DNA of 62,835 nt, the filler included, from Syncephalis fuscata S228 (Eukaryota; Fungi; Zoopagomycota): NCBI GenBank assembly GCA_025786725.1. It is 5 parts of 5 records of this genome, joined end to end, with 100 filler letters (N's around TTAATTAATTAA, not from the genome) between each part and the next. Parts side by side here need not be neighbours in the genome. Positions count along the whole stretch, not along the records: positions 1 to 14,312 come from JAHLTZ010000234.1; 4 more parts are not named here. One strand, 5' to 3'. How positions within the stretch are numbered: the first letter of the stretch is position 1; each line of letters begins with the position of its first letter. This document shows positions 1-10,310 of the stretch, piece after piece. A program made the position numbers and the translations under genes. The notes beneath the pieces were generated by a model. That model saw only the letters and a program-made list of their open reading frames with translations, was not told where the DNA came from and searched no databases.

Positions 1-735
1 ATCAGCTCACCTTGATACACGCGTTTCTTAATGACACGACAGGGTCGTCTTCAGGCAGCCACCAAGTAGAATTATTGCCTTTACCACCACGACGTCGTCC
101 ACGCGTATCCAACTCAAGTTCCGACACTTTACCAGCTTTAGCCGAGCAGTCAAGGCACAGTCGTCCGCCATTTGGTAATGACCGAGAAGCGTCGGTAACC
201 GTGAATCGACGGCGGCATTGTTTGCAGAACACTAAATCGGATTGACCGGCGCTGCGGTGCCGCTTGTTGCTACTTGCATCTAATTGAAATTCGTCCTCGC
301 TGTCCGAGTAACCTTGTTGCTTTCTGCGTAGAGCAGCACGTCTTTGCCGCATAGCTTGACCAATGTCGGCAATTGGGATTGTAGTTGATGCAGTCATCGG
401 TGCATCTTCTACTTTGACGTCTTGCTGTCGCTGACGACGACTATTGCGCGTTTTAACCATTGGTTCTGGCGAACTTTCCTCTTTAACTTTTACGGCTTTG
501 GATACTTTCTTTTTGTCCTCTTTGCTGCTATCGTTGTCGGAATTGCTGGACTCATATTCGAGTGGACGAGGCTTTGCAGCTTTTGGACTTAACATACTCA
601 TGTTACGCGGCTTAATACCTCGTTCCTGTAGACGTTAATACATTGTCAATGAAGTTACAGTAAACAGCGCTGTATAATACTTGCGCGAAGAAAATCGCTT
701 AACGCGGACGTAGGTCCCTTTACGCGATTGCTCAT
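1..735 (-). CDS. RAD7: Rad7/Rhp7-like nucleotide excision repair protein, N-terminal part (continues beyond window start)
   Basis: Exon 735-685 encodes MSNRVKGPTSALSDFLR. A GC-AG intron (684-626) joins it in frame to ERGIKPR and ORF 601..2. The ORF has the CxxC...RFTVT...LCxxC treble-clef motif followed by SLRNACIK, as in Rad7/Rhp7. Confidence 0.8.
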
Positions 736-820
736 TTTGCTTGCTTGTCAGAAAAGTAAAAAAACAAAGCGTGTGTATGTGCAAAAATAACGGCTAAGTA
801 AAATTTAAGACCTATACTGT

Positions 821-1682
821 TCCATTTTAACTTGTTTTTTTTTTTTTTTTAAACTGGTGTTAATCACCATATTTTATTATAATAAAATTATTACAAAACA
901 AGTAAGATAAAATATGATTTAGTAATTAGACCAGGTTGCGAAGTGTGGGCACTTTTTGTGTGAGCTTGTGTGTATGTGTGTGTGAAGACGTTTTGAATTA
1001 GTTTGAGTTATTTATAGATGGTGTTAAGGGCGCAATCAGAGTATTATTAAATATTACTCTGTTGCACCCATTTACCCCTCCACCTCTTTCATAGCTAAAC
1101 CATTGGCAATTACCAGTTGCCCACGTCTTTTCAAATGTGTTGTAATCATTGGTTCGTATTGCCATCTTTAGATGACTTCGGATCCGGTTTATAACTTCAC
1201 TTTGCCATCTGACTAGCATTGTGATAGCTGTTACCTTCTCTTTGTCAAATATTGTTTCAGTATGTGATCTGTATATCTGCCACACTGCTGCTGCATGCAT
1301 TACGTTGATTCCTGGAATAGATCTGTTCCATGCCCGCATTCCATTCAGTACATCCGCCAGCTCTAGCGGTGTTGATTGATGCGGTGATGAACTAATCCGG
1401 TCTAGGAAACGACCAATCATCCCCCAAAATTCATTAGTGCGTTTACATTCGTAGAAATAGTGTAATAATGTTTCTGTGTGTGTGAGACATATTGGGCACA
1501 TTTTAGTGGTGTTGGGTATAAAATGTGTTAATTGTGTTGCTGTGTTAACAGCACCGTGCTGCATCAGCCAAAGTAAAGATTGGTGCTTTGGTTCCAAACG
1601 GGGTGAAAATACATTTGACCATGATATCATTTTAATCGTTAATGTATTTCTTTCTTCTTCACTCCTATCCATTTTAACTTGT
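821..1682 (-). mobile_element. 5'-truncated non-LTR retrotransposon (L1/Tx1-like ORF2 C-terminus) with poly(A) tail and 15-bp TSD
   Basis: ORF 998..1696 contains a zf-RVT motif (W...LLWLMQHGAVNT...CPIC...ETLLHYFYEC...FW). A T16 run lies at 835-850. The direct repeat TCCATTTTAACTTGT occurs at 821-835 and 1668-1682. Confidence 0.88.
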
Positions 1683-1729
1683 CTTTTTGCACACAATTTA
1701 ATCTAATTACCAAAAAAGGAATAAATAAA

Positions 1730-2905
1730 TGGGAAATTAGAAAAATACACCGTTTTTAAAATTTTACCATAATACATTCCCCTTTTTAAATTTCTTTATT
1801 AATAAAATCATTTTTGTTTGCCCCACACCTCGTTTTTTGTAATGACGTTTACCACAGATTAGATACTCTTTAATGGTATGTTTTCTTTTTTTATAGCTGT
1901 TTCAATACTATTAGTACTAATTTTTATATAACATATTTTGTATTGTATTTTTTGAGTTGCATTTGCCACAGCCATATCTTTAAAAGTCTTTTAACAAATA
2001 AAATACGATTGGCATATTGTTAATATAGCTACAATTGATTGAATTACGTAAATAAGCAAAGTTTTAAATTAAAATTCATTGCATTTATTGTAATTAGCTT
2101 TTTTCCCGTCAGGCAATTTTTTCCCATCAGGGATTTTTAGCTTTGCAACTTTTATTATTCAATAATATCATAAATACACAATACTATTACTCAAATAATA
2201 ATAAAAAGGCCTTTTATAATCCAATTATTTAGTTTATTATCAGAATTTATACATTTACGACTTCTATTATAAATATACTAATTTGAGCTATTGTTATAAG
2301 TTAAAAGCATTTAATAATAATAACTTTATTAAAGTGATATTAAAACATTTGATTAAGCTGCTACTTCTATTTTTTCCCTCGTTTAGTTGCTTGGTCAATA
2401 TTACATCATTTTATTACTGTTTTTGTAACAATGTCACTATTTTTTATCGAATCAAAAACAGACCAAGTTTTGTAATAAAAAGTATTAGCATCTATTAAGC
2501 TATTACAATTGTTAGTGTATATTAAATAATCAAATATGTAACTAATAATTTTATTTGTACATTTTTGGTTTTACAGATAAAAAAGTAGCAACATAATTTT
2601 TAATAAATTTATTGATAAATTTAATAGGTCATTACCAGAATCATATGGACAATCATTAAAATGCTTAATACTGTCATCTTGTTGAATCACTATTTTTACT
2701 CTTGAGATTGCAACCATTAACAAGCTTAAAATTGTCAACAGCGGCCCTCAATTCTTCAATACTGCTAAATATAGCTTCTTTAAATAGTTTGGCAGACATT
2801 TGGTAGATTTTTCAAAACAATGTATTTTAATAAACAAAATTTAAAAATTAAAAACAAGGAATTTATTATGATAAAATTTTAAACAGTGTATTTTCTAATT
2901 TCCCC
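1730..2905. mobile_element. Non-autonomous/decayed TIR DNA transposon (MULE-like)
   Basis: About 43-bp imperfect TIRs: GGGAAATTAGAAAAATACACCGTTTTTAAAATTTTACCATAAT at 1731, and ATTATGATAAAATTTTAAACAGTGTATTTTCTAATTTCCCC ending at 2905. The 9-bp flanks ATAAATAAA/ATAAATCAG match 7/9. No intact ORF; superfamily assignment is tentative. Confidence 0.7.
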
Positions 2906-2925
2906 ATAAATCAGTTATTACTTAG

Positions 2926-3241
2926 CACTATGATGCTTCTAGCGCCGTTCACTATGTCTTCTGCTTCCGAAAGAAAATAAATGAACTTCTTTGCCGCTTA
3001 TAAATTCTTCTACACCTTACAGAAACCAATCGTTGCCTTTGATGATGATAATTTTGGTGTGTCTATGAAAGAAAAACTATCTGCCCCTACACGAAGAATC
3101 ACCGAAGCTATCAAGTAAATGGCCAATAGCTCTGGTGGTTCTATTGAGTTTATTTATGTTCATAAATACTTAACACGCCAAGTTTGCAATAAGTGTGAAT
3201 TTAGAACATCGGAAAATATGACAGCTATTGAATCAATATGA
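2926..3241 (+). pseudogene. Fanzor/TnpB-like RNA-guided nuclease remnant (RuvC-II plus start of zinc finger)
   Basis: 3020-3241 translates QKPIVAFDDDNFGVSMKEKLSAPTRRITEAIK*MANSSGGSIEFIYVHKYLTRQVCNKC. This resembles the Fanzor1 pattern IVAFGD...KG...AP...VDEYLTSQVCxxC. It has an internal stop and no RuvC-I or RuvC-III. Confidence 0.72.
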
Positions 3242-3672
3242 AATTGTGTTAAATAATTACTGCTAAAAATAAATAAATATATAATGCATTAAAATAAATT
3301 GAGTACGCAATCTAAATTGGTTTAAAGTTTCAAACAAATATATTGTAGCGCATGCGATTAATGTATACAAGCTATCGTAAAAGTAAAAATCTACACATTT
3401 TACTTTAAAAAATGTAAATTTTCGTCATTTATTGCCAAAATAAATTTTTTCTTCCAAATTCGACATATATCTCGTGCCTATTCGTGTAAGACTTAAGGGG
3501 CAACAGCAGCATGGCTTGTTTCAAAATGAAATGTAGAAAAACCAAAGAATAAAGCAAAAATGATCTATAATACACTGCATGTTTAACAATTTTGTAGGCT
3601 TTTACGATAATACGCTATTTTTTGCATTTACAATTTTACGCGTGGTTTTTTAAATAACAAACTATAGATACA

Positions 3673-5137
3673 ATGAAAATCATAAAGCAGCATCAACTTA
3701 CAATATTAAGAAGTGCCTTGGCATTACTATTAACTGTTCAGTCTACATCTGCTATACCGCGTGATGCCGGTTTAGCCAAAGGTAATTTGTTATATTAGCT
3801 GCTTCATGAGTCCATACTAATAATAGCGACACAGAAATATTTGCGGTTGATCCACCGCAACTACCTTTGAGTATTGTTATACCTGATGGGTTTAATCAAA
3901 GAAACGAGGTATCATGGAGCCAACAACTGAACAGCAAAAAAGTGAGCGTTTTATGCCAAGTGCAATATAATGTTAATAGCCAATTTCAATTTTCCAGGTA
4001 TTTATTAAATATTGCTACTATTACAATCATTTAATTAATTACAAAAGCTTAGAATCTTAAACACAGCCAAAGATCATTACGAAATGGACATGGAGATCAA
4101 TATGTTTTACGTCCACAAAGCTCGTTTAATTTCCAAGGCAAATGTTGCCTTATTAAACCTCAATTATCTGATCTAACGCTAAGCTCGTATATGGGATCTC
4201 TGTCGCCTCTTGATAGGGCCAAATTAATTATACCGTTTTTACTAAACTAATACGAGGTAAGACTAGCTGCCATGCCAAAAACATACACAAGATTACTTAG
4301 CACATTTTAACTAGGTATTAATTATATACACAAAGTTGGATGGACCAATATCGACATAAGTGCTTTTGGTAAGGAATATTATGTTAACATTTAAATATTG
4401 CTAATGAATATTGTAGATGTTGTTGTCAGATCGGATTCTGGGATAAATCCTATTATTAATGTTATGAAGACTAAGCATCCAAGACGCATTGAAGTTAGAA
4501 ATGGCATTGTAGTACCGATTGATCCACCTCAAACGAAACTAATATATTTTACGGAATGGATTGAAAATACTCAAATCGATCCACGTAAAGTTGATTTATG
4601 GAAGTTGGTGAGCTTCTTTATGATACTCAATATAGTTTTTATCCTGAGAGATCTGAAAAAACCATTGAACAAATCGTTGAAGAGACTTTCTCCAAGATGC
4701 CAAACGTACGACCAAATCTTAGTAATACAAAAGAACAATTTAAAAAATTCATGCCTCAGTTCAATGAGCTTATTGGAAGAAGCTATAGGTCTGGTTTACC
4801 AATAGCGAATAACGATAAAGCTATTTTACTAAATACAAATGGTGGCATTCCCCTAAACAATGTTGATATATTGTTGTCACCACTCAAGCAGGCTTGGTTA
4901 ACGGCAGAAATGATGGACTTGCTAAAGGTTGCGCAGGAAAGCATTTTTGGCATTAGCAATTTAGAAACTCGCTCATTGTTTGTGCTTAATGGATTGTTTC
5001 GATTGGGAATATATTGTAAGTCCACCAGCAAGTATACAGAGCATCCAAATGTGTATGCACCCATATTCGATATGATAAACAAATTGTTAACAATCGACCC
5101 CAAAAAACGATTGACGCTGGAACAATACTCAAAATAA
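3673..5137 (+). CDS. Secreted kinase-like protein (pseudokinase), tandem copy 1; 4 introns; two apparent 1-nt deletions
   Basis: Signal-peptide-like N-terminus (ALALLLTVQSTSA|IPR). Kinase C-lobe-like motifs: KLIRGINYIHKVGWTNID, DLWKVGELLY, LLTIDPKKRLT. Frame breaks at ~4240 and ~4601 relative to copy 2. Confidence 0.7.
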
Positions 5138-5755
5138 ATTGGTAGTAATTCATGCGTCAATTGTTTACATGCATCTTTTCAGCAATCTCAACATAAAACA
5201 TAACATTATACACTATTGGTTTTAGTAACAAATATTGACATTTGCATTTAACTGTTCGTCATATTAGTATACTATACCAAAGGTATTTATGATGGCACAA
5301 TTAGTGCTAAAATGTTTGCTAGTATCAATAGCTGCTTTTTAGTACAAATAATAAACAAAGTGTAATAATATCAAATTAAATGGACAATTTACAGTGGTTT
5401 CATTTTCTTTAACACCACATTGCAGCGCAACACCGCTAATGCATATTCACTATAGTAAAGCTAGAATTGTACACGTTTTACTTCAAAGTATTTAACACCC
5501 AGTCGTCTGCTGCTTAAAATAAAAGAATTTATCCAAATTTAGCATATTTCGCTCGTGGATATTCGGATAAAGTTTATTAGGCAATAGCAGCATGGCTTAT
5601 TTGGAATAGAAATACAAAGGGCGAAAACGAAAAATGATGTATAAGTACACAGTTTGTTCTATATTCTTTAATATTTTTTTACGATAAATAGGCCATTTCT
5701 TGCACTTACTCTTTTTACACACGGACTTTTTAAAAAATAACGAATTATATATATA

Positions 5756-7215
5756 ATGATAAGCAGTGTTTTAGTATTGATGCTTATTGTTCAGCTTGTA
5801 TCTGCTATACCGCGTGAAGCTAACTTACCCAAAGGTAAGCTATTATGCTGTATAATTATTCATTTACATTAATAACAATAATGCATAGATGTATTTGATC
5901 CTGATCCACCGCAACCATACTTTGGTTTTGATATACCTGCTGGATTTGATCGGAATGACGAGATATCATGGGATCAGCAATTAAATGACAGAGATGTGAA
6001 GGTTCTATGCCGTGTACGAAATAATCTTACTAATCAATTCCGGTTTTTACAGGTGTTTATTAAACACTATTAATATTACAAACAGTTAACCAATCACAAC
6101 ATCATAGGATCTTAAGCGCAAGCAAACATCATTGCAAGATGATCCTGGGCGCCATTATGTTACACACCCACAAAGATCGTTTACTTTTCGAGGCAAGCTA
6201 TGTTTTGCTATACCTCAATCGCCTAATGAAAATTTAAGTGATTTGTATGCAAGCCATATATCGCCTCTTGATAGGGCCAAATTAACCATACCGTTTTTTA
6301 CTAAACTAATACGAGGTAAGACTAGCTGCCATGCCAAAAACATACACAAGATTACTTAGCACATTTTAACTAGGTATTAATTATATACACAAGGTTGGAT
6401 GGACCAATATCGACATAAACGCTTTTGGTAAGCAAATACTGCGCTGAATCTAGATATTGCTAACTAGACATGCAGATCTTGGAGTTGAACCAAATCTTGA
6501 TAAATATCCTATCCTTAATGTTATGGAAATTGAACAACTAAGACGTATTAAAATTAAAAATGAAATTATAATGCCAATTGATCCACCTCAGCTAGGATTA
6601 ATATATCTTCCTGAGTGGATTGAAAATACCAAGATTGATCCACGTAAGGTCGATTTATGGAAAGTTGGCGAACTTCTCTACAATATTCAATATAGTTTTT
6701 ATCCTGAACAGACAGAAAAGCCATTTAAAGAACTTATGAATGAAATTGTTTCCAAGATGCCTGACGTACAACCAAACCTTAAGAATACACAAGAACAATT
6801 CAAAAAATTTATGCCTCACTTCAAGAAGCTTATTAAAGAAGGTTACAGATCTGGTTTACCAACAGCGAATAGCGATCGAGCTATTTTATTAAATACAAAC
6901 AGCGGTCTTTCAACAACCAGTATTGATACATCATCGTTTCCACTTAAACAGACTCGTTTAACAGTAGAAATATTGGACTTGCTAGTCATTGCGCAGGACA
7001 GTATTTTTGGCTTTGGTCATCTTCAAAATTTCTTACAGTTTTTACTTAATGGATTTTTCCGATTGGGAATATACTGTAAGACAAGTTATTCGCATACTAC
7101 ACACCCAAATTTATATAATCGCATATTCGAGATGTTAAATACATTGCTGGAAATCAATCCCAAGAAACGATTAACGCCGGAACAATATTTGAGAAAAATT
7201 GACAGCAATAAATAG
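5756..7215 (+). CDS. Secreted kinase-like protein (pseudokinase), tandem copy 2; 4 introns
   Basis: MISSVLVLMLIVQLVSA|IPR signal peptide. GT-AG introns sit at the same positions as in copy 1. Motifs DLWKVGELLY and LLEINPKKRLTPEQYL. Confidence 0.78.
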
Positions 7216-8447
7216 TGCAATAATCAATGCTAAAATGATTGAATGATAGCAGAAACAGACAAACGAATACATCACAACACTTGCATAATAATAGCTGTCT
7301 ACCAACTGCATTAGCATTATATGAACGATGCTGCCGTTATTGCGACTCAACATGTTCCAATTAACAGAGTGTTCGGCACTTATATTTTTGTTGCTATACC
7401 CTTTCGCTCAATAAAACATACACAGAAACACACACGCACACGCACACACACGTATATATATTTTATTTATTGTAATATTAACAATTTTTTTTTGTCCATT
7501 ATATAATTTGTTGGTATTATTTGATGTTTGGCTGTGAGTGAGCATAGCAACTTGTAAATATGCTTAGCTTTCCTAATAATAATCCATTTTGTTTAGCACT
7601 TACAAAATGAACTGCATGATGATTAGATAATAGCAATGGCTAATTACCAAATTATCAATTAATGATATTGCTGCGGGATAATATTAAATATTTTAACATT
7701 CATTAACGTTTATTATGCTGATTAAATAACAGATAATAGTAATGTATTAGCCAGTTTAAATGGCCGAATGGATAGTTTTTAGTGTTAATGCAACAATGGA
7801 TGTAATATGCTTAAAAATCTACTGACATAACCAGTTGACTAAAATCATCTGCTGAGTATGGCAGCTTTATTTGATCAAAGCAAATGCATGATGGTTAGTG
7901 TGCTGTTGCAGCGTGCCTCAATCCAATAGATTGAATGACACTTCAATTGCATTTAGAGTAAAGGCATCAAAGTCTATCTAAATCAGAGAATCATTCATGC
8001 TAACATCAGTAGCCAATAGACTACAGATTATAGCTGGCATATCTGTAAAATGAACAGCGATTTAGATACAACGCCATCTTTCTTATGTATACCACCATGC
8101 TATAAGATGTGCCATTTACACAGTGATATTATTATTTGCAGTATGATACTGTAACGCGTAATTGAATGATATAACATACCAGCAAAACTATATCATTTAA
8201 TTCTATGATACTTTTCAAGTTTACTGTATATTATTTCATTAATAGGCTGATACTTACGAGTTGTATGCCACAAACAGTTACCACTTAGCAGATAGTGCTT
8301 CAGGCTGTTTTTCTCGCATGAATATCATTGCCCGTAACGAGTTGATCTGCATTCAAAATCTAGCATATTGTTGTTGATGCTATATCTTACAGCAAACAAC
8401 CTAATTGCTATGGAATGTTTATACAAATATTTTGTTTAGAATAAAAA

Positions 8448-8559
8448 TCCTCCTAATGGAGGCAGAAAAATTGAAATAATCCTTTTAAAGTATTCCCCTA
8501 CACGGAGCGCTCTAGTAAAAGGCGAGAGTGCTGTTCGCTCTGTAGAGGAACCAAGGACA
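8448..8559 (-). ncRNA. U5: U5 spliceosomal snRNA
   Basis: The minus strand carries invariant loop I GCCUUUUAC (8523-8515) closing a long stem with the CCG internal loop. It also has an Sm site AAUUUUUCUG and a 3' hairpin CCUCCAUUAGGAGG. The 5' end is approximate. Confidence 0.93.
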
Positions 8560-8649
8560 GCACCCGAAGGTGCGAATGACTAGCTTCAAGACGGCTGTGA
8601 TTGCAAACCAATTTAAGTTGTCGGAAATGCTAGTGGGATAGGCAATACA

Positions 8650-8853
8650 GAAATTACTAATTTAAAACTGTCAATCAGCAATTTACATTTCATACCCATT
8701 GACTATCCTTTTTTCATCACATCACAAATGGCTACAATTGTTATTAATATTCGCTAATAAAAATTTATTATTTTCTTTCTATACCCCTCGACTACCACTA
8801 TATACTATGTGTAAAATTTAGAATTGGTGATTGATAGTTTTAAATTATCAATT
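8650..8853. mobile_element. MITE-like element (~200 bp)
   Basis: About 32-bp imperfect inverted repeat: AATTACTAATTTAAAACTGTCAATCAGCAATT (~8652-8683) versus AATTGGTGATTGATAGTTTTAAATTATCAATT (~8822-8853). Non-coding interior. Confidence 0.55.
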
Positions 8854-9398
8854 TAACGTTTTATATCTAATGTATATACTAATATGCTAGTGTCGGAGTT
8901 TAGAGTTTGCCTGCTCAACATTTTTGCCACGTATTCACCAAACGAGCAAAGATTAGCCGTCAGGTCAGCTCTATTAACAATATGATGTTACAAAACCTTA
9001 ATTAGATTACAACGAAGCTTAATCTGAACTTCGTTAAATCATGGAATTTAGTCAATACTGCCAATAACACTTGGATCTATCATAGTATACTGATTATTAT
9101 ATGAATAGCTACACAAATAATTACATAAAAAATAGCTATACAAGTATTATCGACATAATTAGCAATAGCAAAATATTAACACTAGTATTACCATTATTAT
9201 TACTATCATTACTGCATTCAATAACTGATTAGCATATGAATGTATATTTCATAAATAAATAAACTTACATCCTAGAATTAATTGCTATTTGTTTTATTTG
9301 ATTTTCAAACCCTTTATTGTAAAATATCACTATTTATCCCGATATAACAGCATTGATGTTATTGTGTATAAAGAATAGGTTCCTGGGCAGTATTTATA

Positions 9399-10310
9399 CT
9401 ATGGCACATCACCAGTAATTGTTTTTAGCTTAGGAAATATACGGTATGCATTACGTGTTGTTGCTGTGGCAACATCAAGCGTTGAAACACCTTTCAGTTC
9501 GGCAATTCGTTTGCAGACCCACTCTATTTGAGATGGTGTACTTGGTTCACCGCGCACCATTCCCAAAGCTGGCGCATCCGACTCTAAAACCAAGCGGTCT
9601 AGCGGCACCAGCTGCACCAACCGTTCCAGCTGAGAATCACGTGCCAGTGACGGAGCAACCGAAAAGTACGCGCCAAGACCGAGACCTTCTTTAATGTATT
9701 TTGGTCGACCATCAAATGCATGAAGTAATACATTTGATGTTGCTGAAGCCTCGCCGCTATAGCCAGCTTCACGAAGCACGTCCAATACGTGGCGACCAGC
9801 TTGTCGTGAGTGTAGATTGACCGGTAGTTCTAGACGACGGGCCAGTTGCAATTGGGCCAGTAACACTTCACGCTGCTCAATACGGGCTGCATCCACGCCA
9901 TTTGGATGTGTGGCCAGAACATGGGGCGAAAAATCCAATCCAATTTCACCAATGCCAACCACTTTGGGACTACTTAGCGCATAGTGCTCAAAAGCATCTT
10001 GTGATGTAAACCAATCAGTAATACGTACCGTGGTAGCAGTAGCGGTAGCATTATTAGCATCATTGGTAGCAGTTGTACACGGGTGTATTGCTGTTGTTGG
10101 TTGCATGGGATGTAGCCCAATACAAAGTGCAATGCGATTGTTAAGTGCAGCCGCTTCAGGCAATGAAAGCCATGCTTCTATAGCCTGTATATCGCTATAG
10201 CGTTCCGTAACAATAATGCAAATCGGCAAACCGTCTCCCTGTGCCACTAATTCGCTTGTCGAATAGTAAGGCGGATAAAGATGCGCGTGACAATCAACTA
10301 GTAAAGCCAT
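9399..10310 (-). CDS. TatD-family DNase (TATDN3-like), intronless
   Basis: Motifs VDCHAHL, IGLHP, VVGIGEIGLD, PVNLHSR, LLHAFDG, LVLESDAP. Confidence 0.93.
   Translation of the reverse strand: MALLVDCHAHLYPPYYSTSELVAQGDGLPICIIVTERYSDIQAIEAWLSLPEAAALNNRIALCIGLHPMQPTTAIHPCTTATNDANNATATATTVRITDWFTSQDAFEHYALSSPKVVGIGEIGLDFSPHVLATHPNGVDAARIEQREVLLAQLQLARRLELPVNLHSRQAGRHVLDVLREAGYSGEASATSNVLLHAFDGRPKYIKEGLGLGAYFSVAPSLARDSQLERLVQLVPLDRLVLESDAPALGMVRGEPSTPSQIEWVCKRIAELKGVSTLDVATATTRNAYRIFPKLKTITGDVP

Noticed and set aside
7540-8400. Possible degenerate LRR or other gene on the minus strand (LKYLILSRSNI-like stretch)
   Set aside because: Only one short motif, with stops in the frames I read; no supportable gene model.
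8555-8640. HDV-like ribozyme, SECIS element or Helitron 3' end on the plus strand (hairpin + CGAATG + CTAG)
   Set aside because: No P1/P2/P3 pseudoknot could be built, SECIS core geometry does not fit, and CTAG is not followed by T. The neighbouring stem is explained by U5 on the minus strand.
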